Source: an uncultured delta proteobacterium | Lineage (GTDB): Bacteria; Myxococcota_A; Polyangia; Polyangiales; Polyangiaceae | Direction: 5' to 3' | Length of the DNA: 64,000 nucleotides | Assembly (NCBI GenBank): GCA_963841435.1 | Contig: CAWJCS010000006.1 | Span: 800,001-864,000 of the forward strand | Part shown: piece after piece, positions 42,987 to 52,959 of the stretch | Numbering within the stretch: position 1 is the first letter of the stretch | Layout: each line of letters begins with the position of its first letter | The notes under the pieces: generated by a model | The model's database searches: none | The model's input: only the letters and a program-made list of their open reading frames with translations | Told to the model about the DNA's origin: nothing | Made by a program: the position numbers and the translations under genes

Positions 42987-45249
42987 ATGCTGACGGATGA
43001 GCTCATGCAGCGCCGGGATCGCGCGGCACAGCGTCACGATCGCGCACTCGATCGCTTTCCCGATCGCGCCGGGGCGACCTTCGAAAGGGAGCTCGACGCC
43101 GTCATCGAAGAGCTCTGTGCCGTGTGCGCGCAAATCGGCGGCGATGAGCGAGGCGCCGAGGTCGTGCGCTCCTTCACCTGGCTCGCGGACGCCTGTTTCG
43201 ATCGCGGTCTCGGACGAGACCCGGTCTGGCTGGAGAAGGGCCGGGGCTACTACCTCCGCGCGGAGGCGTCGCTTGGCAGCGGAGACCTCTTGCTCAGGGC
43301 TAAGCTCGACTACAACCTCGGCAACACCCTTCGCGGTCTGAGCGAGGGGAGCAAGCTCCCCCTGCTGAGGGAAGCAGAAGGGCGGTACCGCCTCGCCCTC
43401 GATCTCTTCCGCAAGCATGCGCCGAATCTGGTTGCGGCCGGGGAGACAGCCGTCGCCTCGATCACCCAGCAGCGCGCGCTGGCCGAGCGCTTGGCCGGCA
43501 TGGCGAGCGGACTCGCGGAGTTGCAGACCATTGAAGCGCAAGCTAGCTCTGGCGACGAGGAGGGTGCGGCCGCAGCGCTCAAAGCCTTCGCCGCCAGCGC
43601 GCCCAGTGCGGAGTCGGCTGTGCAGGGCCTCGGCCAGGAGCTCGATATGATGGCGGCGACGCTCGGTCTGCCCGTGGGGTTCGTCCAGGCGGCCAAAGAG
43701 CAGTTCTACGAGGAGGCCGCCAAGGTTGGGCTCGGTGCCTCGGCGCCCATGCGCGCCATTTTCGGTCAGCTCGAAAGCCGCTATCGCGCCGACGTCAGCT
43801 CCGGAAAGGTGAGCGCCGCTCGGCAAGAGGTCATCGAGAGCACGATCGCCCAGCTCCGTGACCTCCTGGTCGAGCAACCTCACGAAGATCCCACGGCGAT
43901 GGCCTCGTGGTTGGCTCGCATGCGCGCGCTGATGGGCCAGTTCGTCGAGACGATCGAGAACCCCAGCTCCGGATCTCAGGCAAACCAGACGCTGGAGGGC
44001 CGTTACGCTCGATTTCGCGCCGTCGTGTCGGAGGAGGAGCGGCAGCCTCAGCGCTACCACGGAGAACGGGACACGACGGGGCAGATCTTCGTCGAGCTCG
44101 CCAAGCTCAGCGAAACCATCGCGAGATTCGAACTCGGACGCCCAGCGGGCGCTCGCCGTCGAGCGAGACCGGCTAAGACCCCTGGCGGGGCGCTGGCGCG
44201 AATACACGCTGCGGCACCACCTAATCCTTGCCCAGCCCGACCGCTGGTCGCGTGACTCGGTCCAGGTGGAAAGCAATACGATTGCCTACTTCGGGGATGC
44301 TCGGACGGCGCCGCACATCGTTAGCTACTGCCGGGAGCAGGGGTTCCGGCTCTTCGACGCCGGTAACCTCGATCCCTCCGCGGCGGTCTGGTCCGCCGTG
44401 CGTTCGGCGGCAGTCGTCGTGGCAAAGCTCCAGGGCCCGCGGGGCCCCGCGTGGGCAGGGACTTGCTACGCGCTCGGACTGGCGGGCTGCACCGGTGTTC
44501 CGGTCGTGCTCCTCACCGAGCCGGGTCAGGCCCCGCCGTTCGACCTGGACGCTCCCCCCATTGTGCTCGAGGAGGGCGGCAACCTGGCGGCAGAGCTCGC
44601 CGAGCGGATTGACGCCGCGCTCTACGCGCGTCGGGCGCTCGATGCCAGCGAGAGCACCGTCGCTGCGACGGTCTCGGCGGCGCGTTCCATGTTCGAGGGA
44701 GGCCTCGGCGGAACGCTGTTCATCAATTTGAAGGGTGAAAGCGCCGAGGACCCGGTGCACGTGCGGGCGCTCCTCGTCCAGGCGTTGGGCGTCACCGGGC
44801 GCGGTGCGCCGCTGCTGCTCACGCCCGCCGTTCCGGTGCCATACCCCGCACCAAGCGAGCGCTCGTGCTTTCACGTGACGCCCTTCGATCGCCCCGGCAA
44901 GGCCGCTCGCTTCGAGGCCGTGCGTGCGCTCGCCCGTCGCGCGTGCGCTGACGCGGGCATCACCTACCTCCACGGCGACGAGGCGGCCGATGGCCGCATC
45001 TTGCGCGCCATCTGGAACGACATCGGCCGCTCCGAGCACGTGCTCGTCGACCTTACCGATCAGAACCCCAACGTCGCCTACGAGCTTGGCATCGCGCACG
45101 CGCTCGGCCGCAAAGTCCTCGCCATCGGCCAAGCCGGCAGCGAAAAGGCACTCTTTCCGTCCATCGCCAAGGAACGCATCACCCCTTATGCGCCAGCAGC
45201 ACCCGACGAGGCCCTCGCGCCGGTGCTGAAGCGGTTCCTGGGCGGCTAA
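42987..45249 (+). CDS. TPR-like/helical protein with two tandem nucleoside 2-deoxyribosyltransferase (NDT/DRHyd)-like domains (apparent +1 frameshift near 44128)
   Basis: GGAGGA RBS. AKLDYNLGNTL..LREAEGRYRLALDLF. The frame of ORF 44266 is open back to 44101. C-terminal CFHVTPF..IWNDIGRSEHVLVDLTDQNPNVAYELGIAHALGRKV, preceded by a degenerate copy AVRSAAVVVAKL..TCYALGLA..PVVLL..PPFDL. Confidence 0.7.
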
Positions 45250-45541
45250 GCCGCTTGCCGAACGCAGTCGCGCTAAGGGGTGTCGCAACCGCCGGCGAGC
45301 GTCGCCATGCTGTCGAGCCACTCGCGCTTGCGAGAAAGAGGTCGTCCCGCGCCCGCCGCCTGATCCGAGCGCTACCGCGCCGCCGCCGGCTCCGGGTGAT
45401 CGGGGACGGCGCGGCTGACCGCGGCGGGTCTGAGCTCCGCGAGTCCCCGCTAGGTTCCCGGGCCCCAATCGCCTTCCGGACCTCCAGCCTCTCGCCCGCG
45501 CTTTCGACGACCCGCACGGCGCGAGCTAGCTTCCCCGAGCG

Positions 45542-46387
45542 ATGCAACCAGGTGAGGAGAGCAAGACCGCGATCATGGTGTGCGCCGCCCGGGCGCTCGC
45601 CCACGGCTTGGTCGACGAGCCGCGCTTTTCGGATCCGACCGCGCTCGTGCTCTTGCCGGACGACGAGCGACGCCGGGTCGAGCACCTGCGTACGGCGGAG
45701 GTGCCGCGCGCCTTGGGGGCACGGGTCAAGCGCGCGTTCACCGAGGGACGGTCGAAGACGATGGTGGCACGTACCGTCGCCATCGACGACGTGGTGCGTG
45801 AGGCGGCGTCGCCAGAGCTCGTGATCCTCGGCGCCGGGCTCGACGGGCGCGCGTTTCGCATGCCCGAGCTCGCGCGCACCATCGTGTTCGAGGTCGATCA
45901 TCCCGATTCGCAGCGGAAGAAGCGCGAGCGCGCGGCCGGGCTCGTGCCGACGGCGGCTGAGCTCCGTTTCGTTCCGGTCGATTTCCGAACGGACGATCTG
46001 GACGCCGCGCTCACGGTCTCGGGCCACGATCCGAGGCTCCCCACGACCTGGATCTGGGAGGGCGTGGTCATGTACCTGACGCTCGCCGAGATCGAGGCGA
46101 CGCTCGCGGTGATCGCGCGCCGCTCGGCGGCCGGGAGCTGCCTCGTCATCGTCTACCACGCTCCAGCGTGGGTGCTCAGGATCGTGGGTGGCGTCACCCG
46201 GCGGCTCGGCGAGCCTCTGCGCTCCTCGTTCCGCCCGGAGGGGATGCGCGTGCTGCTCGCCAGGCACGGCTTTCGCGCCACGAGCGATGCCAGCATCGCT
46301 ACCATCGGCGCCGAGCTCTCGCCCTCGGTCGCGCGCGCCACGCGACCGATCACGCACCTCCGGCTGGTCACGTCCGTGCGCGACTGA
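45542..46387 (+). CDS. Class I SAM-dependent methyltransferase (leucine carboxyl methyltransferase-like)
   Basis: SKTAIMVCAARA, RTVAIDD, LVILGAGLDGRAFRM, FEVDHP, WIWEGVVMYL. Confidence 0.9.
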   Translation: MQPGEESKTAIMVCAARALAHGLVDEPRFSDPTALVLLPDDERRRVEHLRTAEVPRALGARVKRAFTEGRSKTMVARTVAIDDVVREAASPELVILGAGLDGRAFRMPELARTIVFEVDHPDSQRKKRERAAGLVPTAAELRFVPVDFRTDDLDAALTVSGHDPRLPTTWIWEGVVMYLTLAEIEATLAVIARRSAAGSCLVIVYHAPAWVLRIVGGVTRRLGEPLRSSFRPEGMRVLLARHGFRATSDASIATIGAELSPSVARATRPITHLRLVTSVRD

Positions 46388-46430
46388 AGCGGTGACACCG
46401 CTTGCAACCCGTCGTTCAGGACTGGGGCTT

Positions 46431-47591
46431 TCAGTCGTCCGACGGATCCGCCATGTCGGGATCGTCGGCGCGAGCGCGCACGTGCTCGGCGAACTTCGCG
46501 CGCTGCTCGGGAGTCAGGATGGCGAGCACGGTCTGCACGAACGCGACGCGCTCCTTCGCCATGGCCTTGGCCATGTCCGGCGCTCGGGTTCCGACACCCG
46601 CCTTCTTGGCGTCGAACTTGTCGCCTTCGAAGGCGTCACCGAGGCCCTTCATGTGCTTCATGGCCGCTTGCATGGTGCTTTTCATGGACGCCTGGCGGGT
46701 TTTCATCTGCGCCTCGAGCTTGGTGCGAAGCTTGCCCTTTTGCTCGCTCGTCAGGCCAAGGTCCTTGGCCAGCATCTCGACCACACGCCCGGCGTGCATG
46801 CCCGGACCCTGTGGTCCACCGGGTCCCATGCCCGGGCCAGGACCGCCCTTTTCGTGCATGCCGGGTCCGCCCTTTTCGTGCATGCCGGGACCGCCCTTTT
46901 CGTGCATGCCGGGTCCAGGACCGCCCTTTTCGTGCATGCCGGGTCCAGGACCGTCCTTTTCGTGCATGCCGGGTCCCCCGGATCCCATGCCGCCAGGTCC
47001 CATGCCGTGCTCGCCCATGCCCCTGCCCCGTTCGCGCAGGGCGGCGACGAGCTTCTTGCGCTGGTCCGCGTCGAGCGTCTTGTGCAGGCGATTCATCGCG
47101 TCCTGCACGGTCGGCGTCGTGGCGGCGATCGCGGTGCCGATCGCGCGAACGTCAGCGTCCGTCTTCGCGCGATCGATCTTGCCGGCAGCGACGCCGTCGG
47201 CAAGGTCACTGGTGAGCTTCTGACGCGGCTCCTTGCCAGCGTCGGCAACCTTCTCGAGGTCGCCTTCGATACCGTTGACGGCCGACTGCTGGTCCGCCCT
47301 GAGCTCGAGCGAGTCGAGCGTCATGATGAACATGTCGGCCATCGTGTGCGAATGCGTGCGGTGCCTGTGGGTCGCGGCAGGTGTGGCGACGGGCGCGGGC
47401 GCTGGTGCGGGCGCGCTTTCCGGCGCTTCCGCCGCGGCGACGGGTGCCGGAGCTTCAGAAGGTGGCGGGGGCGGAGCCTCGGCAGCTGACGACGGGCCCG
47501 TAGATGCTTGTCCGCTCATCGTACACGCCGGCAGCCCGCAGGCGGCGAGTAGGACGAGGACAGCCTGACAGGATCCGATTGGTTTTCTCAT
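46431..47591 (-). CDS. Spy/CpxP (LTXXQ) family periplasmic lipoprotein with Met/His repeat insert
   Basis: Signal and lipobox LPAC. LELRADQQ, LDADQRKKL, LGLTSEQK, ILTPEQRAKF. Confidence 0.82.
   Translation of the reverse strand: MRKPIGSCQAVLVLLAACGLPACTMSGQASTGPSSAAEAPPPPPSEAPAPVAAAEAPESAPAPAPAPVATPAATHRHRTHSHTMADMFIMTLDSLELRADQQSAVNGIEGDLEKVADAGKEPRQKLTSDLADGVAAGKIDRAKTDADVRAIGTAIAATTPTVQDAMNRLHKTLDADQRKKLVAALRERGRGMGEHGMGPGGMGSGGPGMHEKDGPGPGMHEKGGPGPGMHEKGGPGMHEKGGPGMHEKGGPGPGMGPGGPQGPGMHAGRVVEMLAKDLGLTSEQKGKLRTKLEAQMKTRQASMKSTMQAAMKHMKGLGDAFEGDKFDAKKAGVGTRAPDMAKAMAKERVAFVQTVLAILTPEQRAKFAEHVRARADDPDMADPSDD
46843..46973 (-). repeat. Five-copy 24/30-bp coding repeat (PGMHEK[GD]G)
   Basis: ccgcccttttcgtgcatgccggg occurs 5 times on the + strand (one with a single mismatch). 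Confidence 0.9.
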
Positions 47592-47793
47592 GGCGCTCTC
47601 CGAGCCCGGAGCCTGCTCCGATCCGGGCCCCGCCGGCAAGCGCGACTGCCCATCGGAGCGCGTGGGGCGGGCGACACGGGCGCGAAACCCGCACCTCGTC
47701 ACGAGGGCGAGCCAGCTGGTCGAGCATCACCACGCCTCGTCACGGCGCGCAAAGTAGCCGTCCGCCGCCTGCAAACAGCGCGTCCCCGCGCAG

Positions 47794-48894
47794 TCACGGA
47801 CTCTGGCGTCCGTCGGCGACGGCGTCGAAGTCGAGGACCGCCTTCAGCAGGCGCCCTCGGCGTTGCACGCCGCCCGTGTTCACCGCCATGATCAGACTGA
47901 AGTAGCCGTCGAGCAAGCGATGAACGCGAGCGTCGACGGGGCCGTACTTGGCCTCGTATCGCTCGCGAAATCGGGTTTGCCAATCGCGGGCTCGAAACAG
48001 CGATAGCCCCGGTTCGTCCCAGCGCACGCGGTAGCGATAGTCGCCGCCCTCGTCGAATCCGCCGACCTCCACCCACTCCGCGCGCAGCGCCAGGAGCTCA
48101 CCCTTCGCATACGATTCGTATTTGACGAGATCGAACAGCGGGGGACCCTCGACGACCCCGGCAACCGACACCGGGTCGATCAACACGAGCCGCTGGCCGT
48201 CCTCCGAAGCGCCCCTCAGCGGCCGCCAGAGCAGATTCTCGAGGAATAGGTCCCCGTGCAGGCGAACCTGGGGCGCCGCGTCCAGAGCCGCGAGCAGCGT
48301 GGCATCAGCGCGAAAGCGCGCGAACGATGCGCGCGCGCCGCGCCGCAACCCGCCATCGAAGCGTAGCTCTGGCGCGCCGATCACCGGTGCGAGCACGGGA
48401 TCGGTCTCGAGAGAGCCCAGCGCTTGCTCCACCGCCATCACGACATGCACCGACAGCGGCTCGCCAACCGCCGCGACGGGGACGTGCACCTGCTCGAAGA
48501 CGGACTGTGCGAGCACGTCCTCTAGCTCGTCGATCTCCCGCTGCGAAAGCGTGCCCTGGCGCGCCAGTTGCCCGCCGTCGACGTGCTCCGCGAAGAACGG
48601 CACCTCGTAGCCGACGCGGGGCGGCTCCGCGCTCGCGTCGTCCCAGCTCGCCAAGAGGGGCGGAAACGCCGCGCGCGCCGCTTCGGGCAGCGTCTTCAGG
48701 TACGCGATCTCCCGCCGCAACGCGCCAACGCCCCACGGGCCCGGCGGAGCGCTTCCCTTCGAGCTCTTTCGCACCCGGAGCGAGCCGTCGGCAAGCTCGA
48801 CGACCTCCGTACGCTCCCAGTAGCCGTCACGGAGCACGCGTACGACGCGCCGGCTCGCCCCGCTCTCGGCGCCGAGACTCGCCGCTTCCGTCAT
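47794..48894 (-). CDS. APH/choline-kinase-like phosphotransferase
   Basis: VRKSSK, LRREIAYL, catalytic HGDLFLENLL, LIDP, LFDLVK. Confidence 0.72.
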   Translation of the reverse strand: MTEAASLGAESGASRRVVRVLRDGYWERTEVVELADGSLRVRKSSKGSAPPGPWGVGALRREIAYLKTLPEAARAAFPPLLASWDDASAEPPRVGYEVPFFAEHVDGGQLARQGTLSQREIDELEDVLAQSVFEQVHVPVAAVGEPLSVHVVMAVEQALGSLETDPVLAPVIGAPELRFDGGLRRGARASFARFRADATLLAALDAAPQVRLHGDLFLENLLWRPLRGASEDGQRLVLIDPVSVAGVVEGPPLFDLVKYESYAKGELLALRAEWVEVGGFDEGGDYRYRVRWDEPGLSLFRARDWQTRFRERYEAKYGPVDARVHRLLDGYFSLIMAVNTGGVQRRGRLLKAVLDFDAVADGRQSP

Positions 48895-49010
48895 GGGCTT
48901 GCCGCGCTCGACGCTGCAGGGCGCACGCCGCGTGACCGTGCGCGAAGTCGCGCGCGCGCCGACACCCGGCGTTCACCCCGAGGCCGTCTGCTAGAGTCGA
49001 GCCCGGCGCC

Positions 49011-49754
49011 ATGGCCTCTGTGCCTGACATCATCCGCAACGCGGAGGGCGAACGCCTCGACTTCACGTTCCACGAAGGAAGCGACTCGAGCAGTCCGGTC
49101 GTCGTGATCGGTCACGGTGTGACGGGCCACAAAGATCGCCCCTTCCTCGTCGCGCTCGCCGAGGGGCTGTCGCGCGCGGGGATCGCAGCGCTGCGGCTGT
49201 CGTTTTCCGGCAACGCTGGCTCGGAAGGTCGCTTCGCAGAATCGACCATCTCGAAGGAAGTCCGCGACCTCGCGTCCGTGCTGGACGCGCTCGGCGGCCG
49301 CAAAATCGCCTACGCGGGGCACAGCATGGGCGGGGTGGTGGGCGTGCTCGGCGCTCGCCGAGACCCGAGGATCCGCGTCCTCGTCTCGCTCGCGGCGATC
49401 GTGCACACGCGTGCTTTCGCCGAGCGTGCTTTCGGCCACCTCGAACCTGGCACGGGGTTGATGTTCGACAAGCCCGGCTGCGTGCTCTCGCAAGCGTATC
49501 TCGACGACCTTCGAATCATCGATTCGGTCGTCGCGCATGCCGGGGAGGTTACCGTGCCCTGGCTGTTCGTGCACGGCACGCGCGACGAGCTCGTTCCCAT
49601 CAACGACACGCACGATGCCCACGCGCGAGCGCGGGCGCCCACGCGACTCGTCGTGCTGGACGAGGCCGATCACGTCTTCGAGCCCGGCCTCACGCCGCGG
49701 ATGGTCGAAGCCGTCGTCGAGTTCTGCCGCACGAACCTGCTCGCGGCGCGCTAA
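49011..49754 (+). CDS. Alpha/beta fold hydrolase
   Basis: HGVTGHKD, FSGNAGSEGRF, GHSMGG, VHGTRDELVP, ADHVF. Confidence 0.9.
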   Translation: MASVPDIIRNAEGERLDFTFHEGSDSSSPVVVIGHGVTGHKDRPFLVALAEGLSRAGIAALRLSFSGNAGSEGRFAESTISKEVRDLASVLDALGGRKIAYAGHSMGGVVGVLGARRDPRIRVLVSLAAIVHTRAFAERAFGHLEPGTGLMFDKPGCVLSQAYLDDLRIIDSVVAHAGEVTVPWLFVHGTRDELVPINDTHDAHARARAPTRLVVLDEADHVFEPGLTPRMVEAVVEFCRTNLLAAR

Positions 49755-49951
49755 CACTACTGTCAGAGATTCGCGTTTCCTTCGAGAAATTCGCAGATTG
49801 GCGAGCGGCGAACTTTTCGGACGGCGGCGCCCACGTCTTGCGTCCATTTCGTGCTCGAAGACGGCCGCCCGCTGGCCGCGCCAGTTGCTTTCGTGGCTCA
49901 TGTTCTCTCTGCCGGATCGTGATCTGTTCCTCCAAGACTCTGACAGTAGTG
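49755..49951. mobile_element. 197-bp non-autonomous element (MITE or internally deleted IS)
   Basis: Perfect 14-bp TIRs CACTACTGTCAGAG (49755-49768) and CTCTGACAGTAGTG (49938-49951), flanked by a CTAA direct repeat (49751-49754, 49952-49955). Confidence 0.85.
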
Positions 49952-50022
49952 CTAATGCACCGCTCATCGAATCCGAACGACCCATCGTGGACGACGGTTC
50001 TGCTCGTCACGTGTGCGGCGCG

Positions 50023-50580
50023 CTACGGACGCCCGAGCTGCTCGAACACCTCGCGATAGAAATCCGCGTGGCTGCCCCAGGTCTGGCCCGTGATGATGCG
50101 GCCGTCGCGTACGCACTCCTGGTTCTTCCATTCTCCGCCGCAGGCCTCGAGCTCGAAACGCACGTTCTCGTAACAGGTGAGCTTCATGCCGCGACCGAGA
50201 CCCGCCGCAAGCAGGATCTGAATGCCGTGACAGATCGACAGAATCCACTTCTCCTGTCGATGGAAGGTCTGCACGATCGAGATGAGCTTGGGATTGTGGC
50301 GCAAAAATTCGGGGGCACGACCGCCGATCAGAAGCACCGCCGCGTAATCGTCGACCTTCACGTCATCGAACGTGATGTCGCTCTCGATGAGGTAGCCGGG
50401 CTTCTCGATGTACGTGTTCCAGCCGGGATAAAAGTCGTGAATCACCGCGTTGAGCCGCTTCTTCTGCGTGGAGGCAATGACGGGGACGAAGCCCGCCTCC
50501 CGAAAGCGCTGCTGCGCATAGAGGATCTCGAAGGATTCGCCAGCGTCGTCCGTCACGATGAGGATCTTCTTCCCACTCAT
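50023..50580 (-). CDS. DJ-1/PfpI family protein
   Basis: KKILIVTDDAGESFE, EKPGY, GGRAPEFLR, nucleophile ICHGIQIL, TGQTW. Confidence 0.9.
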   Translation of the reverse strand: MSGKKILIVTDDAGESFEILYAQQRFREAGFVPVIASTQKKRLNAVIHDFYPGWNTYIEKPGYLIESDITFDDVKVDDYAAVLLIGGRAPEFLRHNPKLISIVQTFHRQEKWILSICHGIQILLAAGLGRGMKLTCYENVRFELEACGGEWKNQECVRDGRIITGQTWGSHADFYREVFEQLGRP

Positions 50581-50723
50581 GGTGAGTTTTCATACCGCAG
50601 CCCCGTGACCGCGTCGACCGCCGTCGGAAAGTAGACGCACCGCCTCGCGGACCGCGCGCCACGCTCACTCGACTTCATCGAGGCGGGAAAACTGCGCCCA
50701 GGGTCGGTGGGGGGGACGCACGG

Positions 50724-52817
50724 CTACTTTCCGTACCCGGCCGCGACCACGTTGGCCTGAACCTTGTCTTCCGTCGCGTCGGAAGGATAGCCAGTGACGA
50801 TGCATCCTTCGTAGAACGTGCCGTCGCTCAGGTTCGCGCCTCCGCTCGGTTTGCAGCAGTCTCCTCCGCTGCCGAGCACGATGGCGCCCTGTTTCTTCAT
50901 CGGGCTCCACCCACCGGGCAGGCCCCCCTTGTAGTAGGTGCTCAACGCACCCGCTGCCGCGTCGCCACCCCTGAGCGAATACTCGGTCGTTCCGTTGTTC
51001 TTCAGCACGGCGGTGACGTAGGTGCTGGTCTGGGACGGGTCGTTCTGGTTCTTTCCCGAGCTGCCCTGGGAAAAGAGCCCGTACTCGAGATCGGCGAGCA
51101 CCCATGGGCCAGAGCCCGCGCCGGTGCCCCAAGCGGTGATGGAGCTCAGATTGAGGGCGTCCATCGTTCCGGCTCCGTCCGCGTTGCGGTCGGTTTCGCT
51201 GTTGCCGTAGTCGAAGCAGCAGCCAGAGTTGTAGTGCTTGCCGCTCGTCACCATGTACATGCCCTCGGGCTCATTGCCCGTCGCGATGCCCGACGTCGAA
51301 GCGTCAACCCAGTAGCTGTTGCCTGGGTTGATGTAGAGCGAGTAAACCTTGTGACCGCCGACGTTCAGCGATTCGGTCGTCGCTTTGGCCGGGCTGCTCT
51401 GCGGCGAGCCAGGGACTTGCGTCGAGCCCTGGTACCAGAGGTCGTTGCCGTTTCCTGATTGGTCGTAGACGGCCGTGATGACGCACGTGGTTCCCGAACA
51501 GAACTCGTCCTGCGAGACGCCATCGGCGATCCCACCGGGCGCCAGCGTCAGGATGTCCTTGGTCATGCCGCCCGAGTTGCGCACCTGGTAGAGCTTGCCG
51601 TTGTAGGCTCCGAAGAGGGCCCGGGTCGTGCTGTGCGCTGCGACGCAAGGGTTGCCTGCCGCCTGGTAGATATCGCAGGGCTCTTCGCTGCCCCCGCCCG
51701 CCGCCCCCGCCATGCCGGCCATACCCGCCGCGCCGGCGCCCATGCCACCCGCGCCCATGCCGCCCGCGCCCATGCCGCCCGCGCCCATGCCGCCCGCGCC
51801 CATGCCACCCGCGCCCATGCCACCCGCGCCCATGCCACCCGCGCCCATGCCGCCCGCGCCCATGCCACCAGCACCACCAGCGCCGCTGACCTCAACTTTC
51901 GCGAGCACGATCGTGCCGGACGTCGTCGGCTTCGTGCTTTGCGGGGTCCAGGTCATCGTGTTGCCCGAAACGCAGTACGAGTGCTTCGTGTCGCCCGAGT
52001 CGCCCGTGATCGTGATCGTGTTGTTCGCGGTCGTGTAGTTTCCGCCCGTGGACGGTGCGAACGATACGACGCCGAGCCCGCCGTTCTGGTGAACGGTGCC
52101 CGAGCAGTTGCACCCGCCGCCGTCGGCGTCCGTGCAAGTGAGCGACGAGTAGCCCGCATTGACGAGGAGGTTTGCAGCCCCCTCGCAAGTCACGGGAGCC
52201 GAAGAGATGATCAGGCACGACGGCGCCAGAGTGAACTGTTCGCTGCCCGACGTGATCGTCTCGTCCAAATACGAGCCATCCTGCTTGGCGGTCCACGTTC
52301 CGGTCACTTGTAGGGACCCCGTGACCGGGGCGGACAGGCAGCCCGCACCGAACAAGGACAGATCGAGCTCGCCGCCAACGTCGAGGCACGACGACATCAC
52401 GGTCCAGGTGCCGACAACGTCCCCGCCGCACGCCGTGGCGCCGTCGCAACTCCCGACCGATCCGCTACTTCCCCCGCTCGCCGGGCTTCCGCCTGCACCG
52501 AGGCTGCCCCCATTGCCCGCCCCGGCGAAAGTGCCTGCTCCTCCTCCGACGCCGGAGCCAGCGCGTCCGCCTGCTCCGGCGCCTGCGGTTCCGCCCGTAC
52601 CCGGCGAGCCGTTGGAGTTGGTCCCGCACCCACCCGAAACACCGGCGAACACCATCGCCGTTGCGAGGGCCCCGCGCTTCAATTGAGTCGAAAGATTTCC
52701 GTCCGACGAGAACCTCCGGGCTGCAGAGGCGCGTTTGAGCCAAAACGGGTGCCAACTTTTCATTGAGTGCGACCTCTGGAAGACGCTTCCGTAGAGGTTA
52801 TTGCGCGCTGCCGCCAT
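50724..52817 (-). CDS. abfB: GH54 alpha-L-arabinofuranosidase B with an N-terminal Cys-rich domain (start uncertain; alternative ATG at 52763)
   Basis: PCDIY..CVAAHSTTRAL, YDQSGNGNDL, PEGMYMV, CCFDYGNSE, GPWVLADLEYG, GAIVLGSGGD, GTFYEG, VQANVVAAGY. N-terminal ACGGDVVGTW domain. Confidence 0.9.
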   Translation of the reverse strand: MAAARNNLYGSVFQRSHSMKSWHPFWLKRASAARRFSSDGNLSTQLKRGALATAMVFAGVSGGCGTNSNGSPGTGGTAGAGAGGRAGSGVGGGAGTFAGAGNGGSLGAGGSPASGGSSGSVGSCDGATACGGDVVGTWTVMSSCLDVGGELDLSLFGAGCLSAPVTGSLQVTGTWTAKQDGSYLDETITSGSEQFTLAPSCLIISSAPVTCEGAANLLVNAGYSSLTCTDADGGGCNCSGTVHQNGGLGVVSFAPSTGGNYTTANNTITITGDSGDTKHSYCVSGNTMTWTPQSTKPTTSGTIVLAKVEVSGAGGAGGMGAGGMGAGGMGAGGMGAGGMGAGGMGAGGMGAGGMGAGGMGAGAAGMAGMAGAAGGGSEEPCDIYQAAGNPCVAAHSTTRALFGAYNGKLYQVRNSGGMTKDILTLAPGGIADGVSQDEFCSGTTCVITAVYDQSGNGNDLWYQGSTQVPGSPQSSPAKATTESLNVGGHKVYSLYINPGNSYWVDASTSGIATGNEPEGMYMVTSGKHYNSGCCFDYGNSETDRNADGAGTMDALNLSSITAWGTGAGSGPWVLADLEYGLFSQGSSGKNQNDPSQTSTYVTAVLKNNGTTEYSLRGGDAAAGALSTYYKGGLPGGWSPMKKQGAIVLGSGGDCCKPSGGANLSDGTFYEGCIVTGYPSDATEDKVQANVVAAGYGK
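51736..51870 (-). repeat. 15-bp coding tandem repeat, 9 copies (GGMGA)
   Basis: gcgcccatgccRccc nine times on the + strand (last copy ends in cca). Confidence 0.92.
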
Positions 52818-52959
52818 GAATTGCCTCGCGCCGAGGCGAATTCCGAATCCCGGGGCGCAACCCTTGCGTCTCGCCGAGCTTGCTGCGCTCGCGACATCGC
52901 GGCGCTGAAGCCGCGCTACGCTCAGCTCGCCGGTTCGATTCGACGAGCGTCAGCGTCGG

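Noticed and set aside
44100-44140. Programmed ribosomal frameshift in the TPR-NDT gene
   Set aside because: There is no slippery heptamer, and the same +1 pattern recurs across the window, so sequencing error is more parsimonious.
46843-46973. Regularly spaced repeats resembling a CRISPR array (also 51736-51870 and 58629-58772)
   Set aside because: Periods are multiples of 3, there are no unique spacers, they lie in frame within protein linkers, and no cas genes are present.
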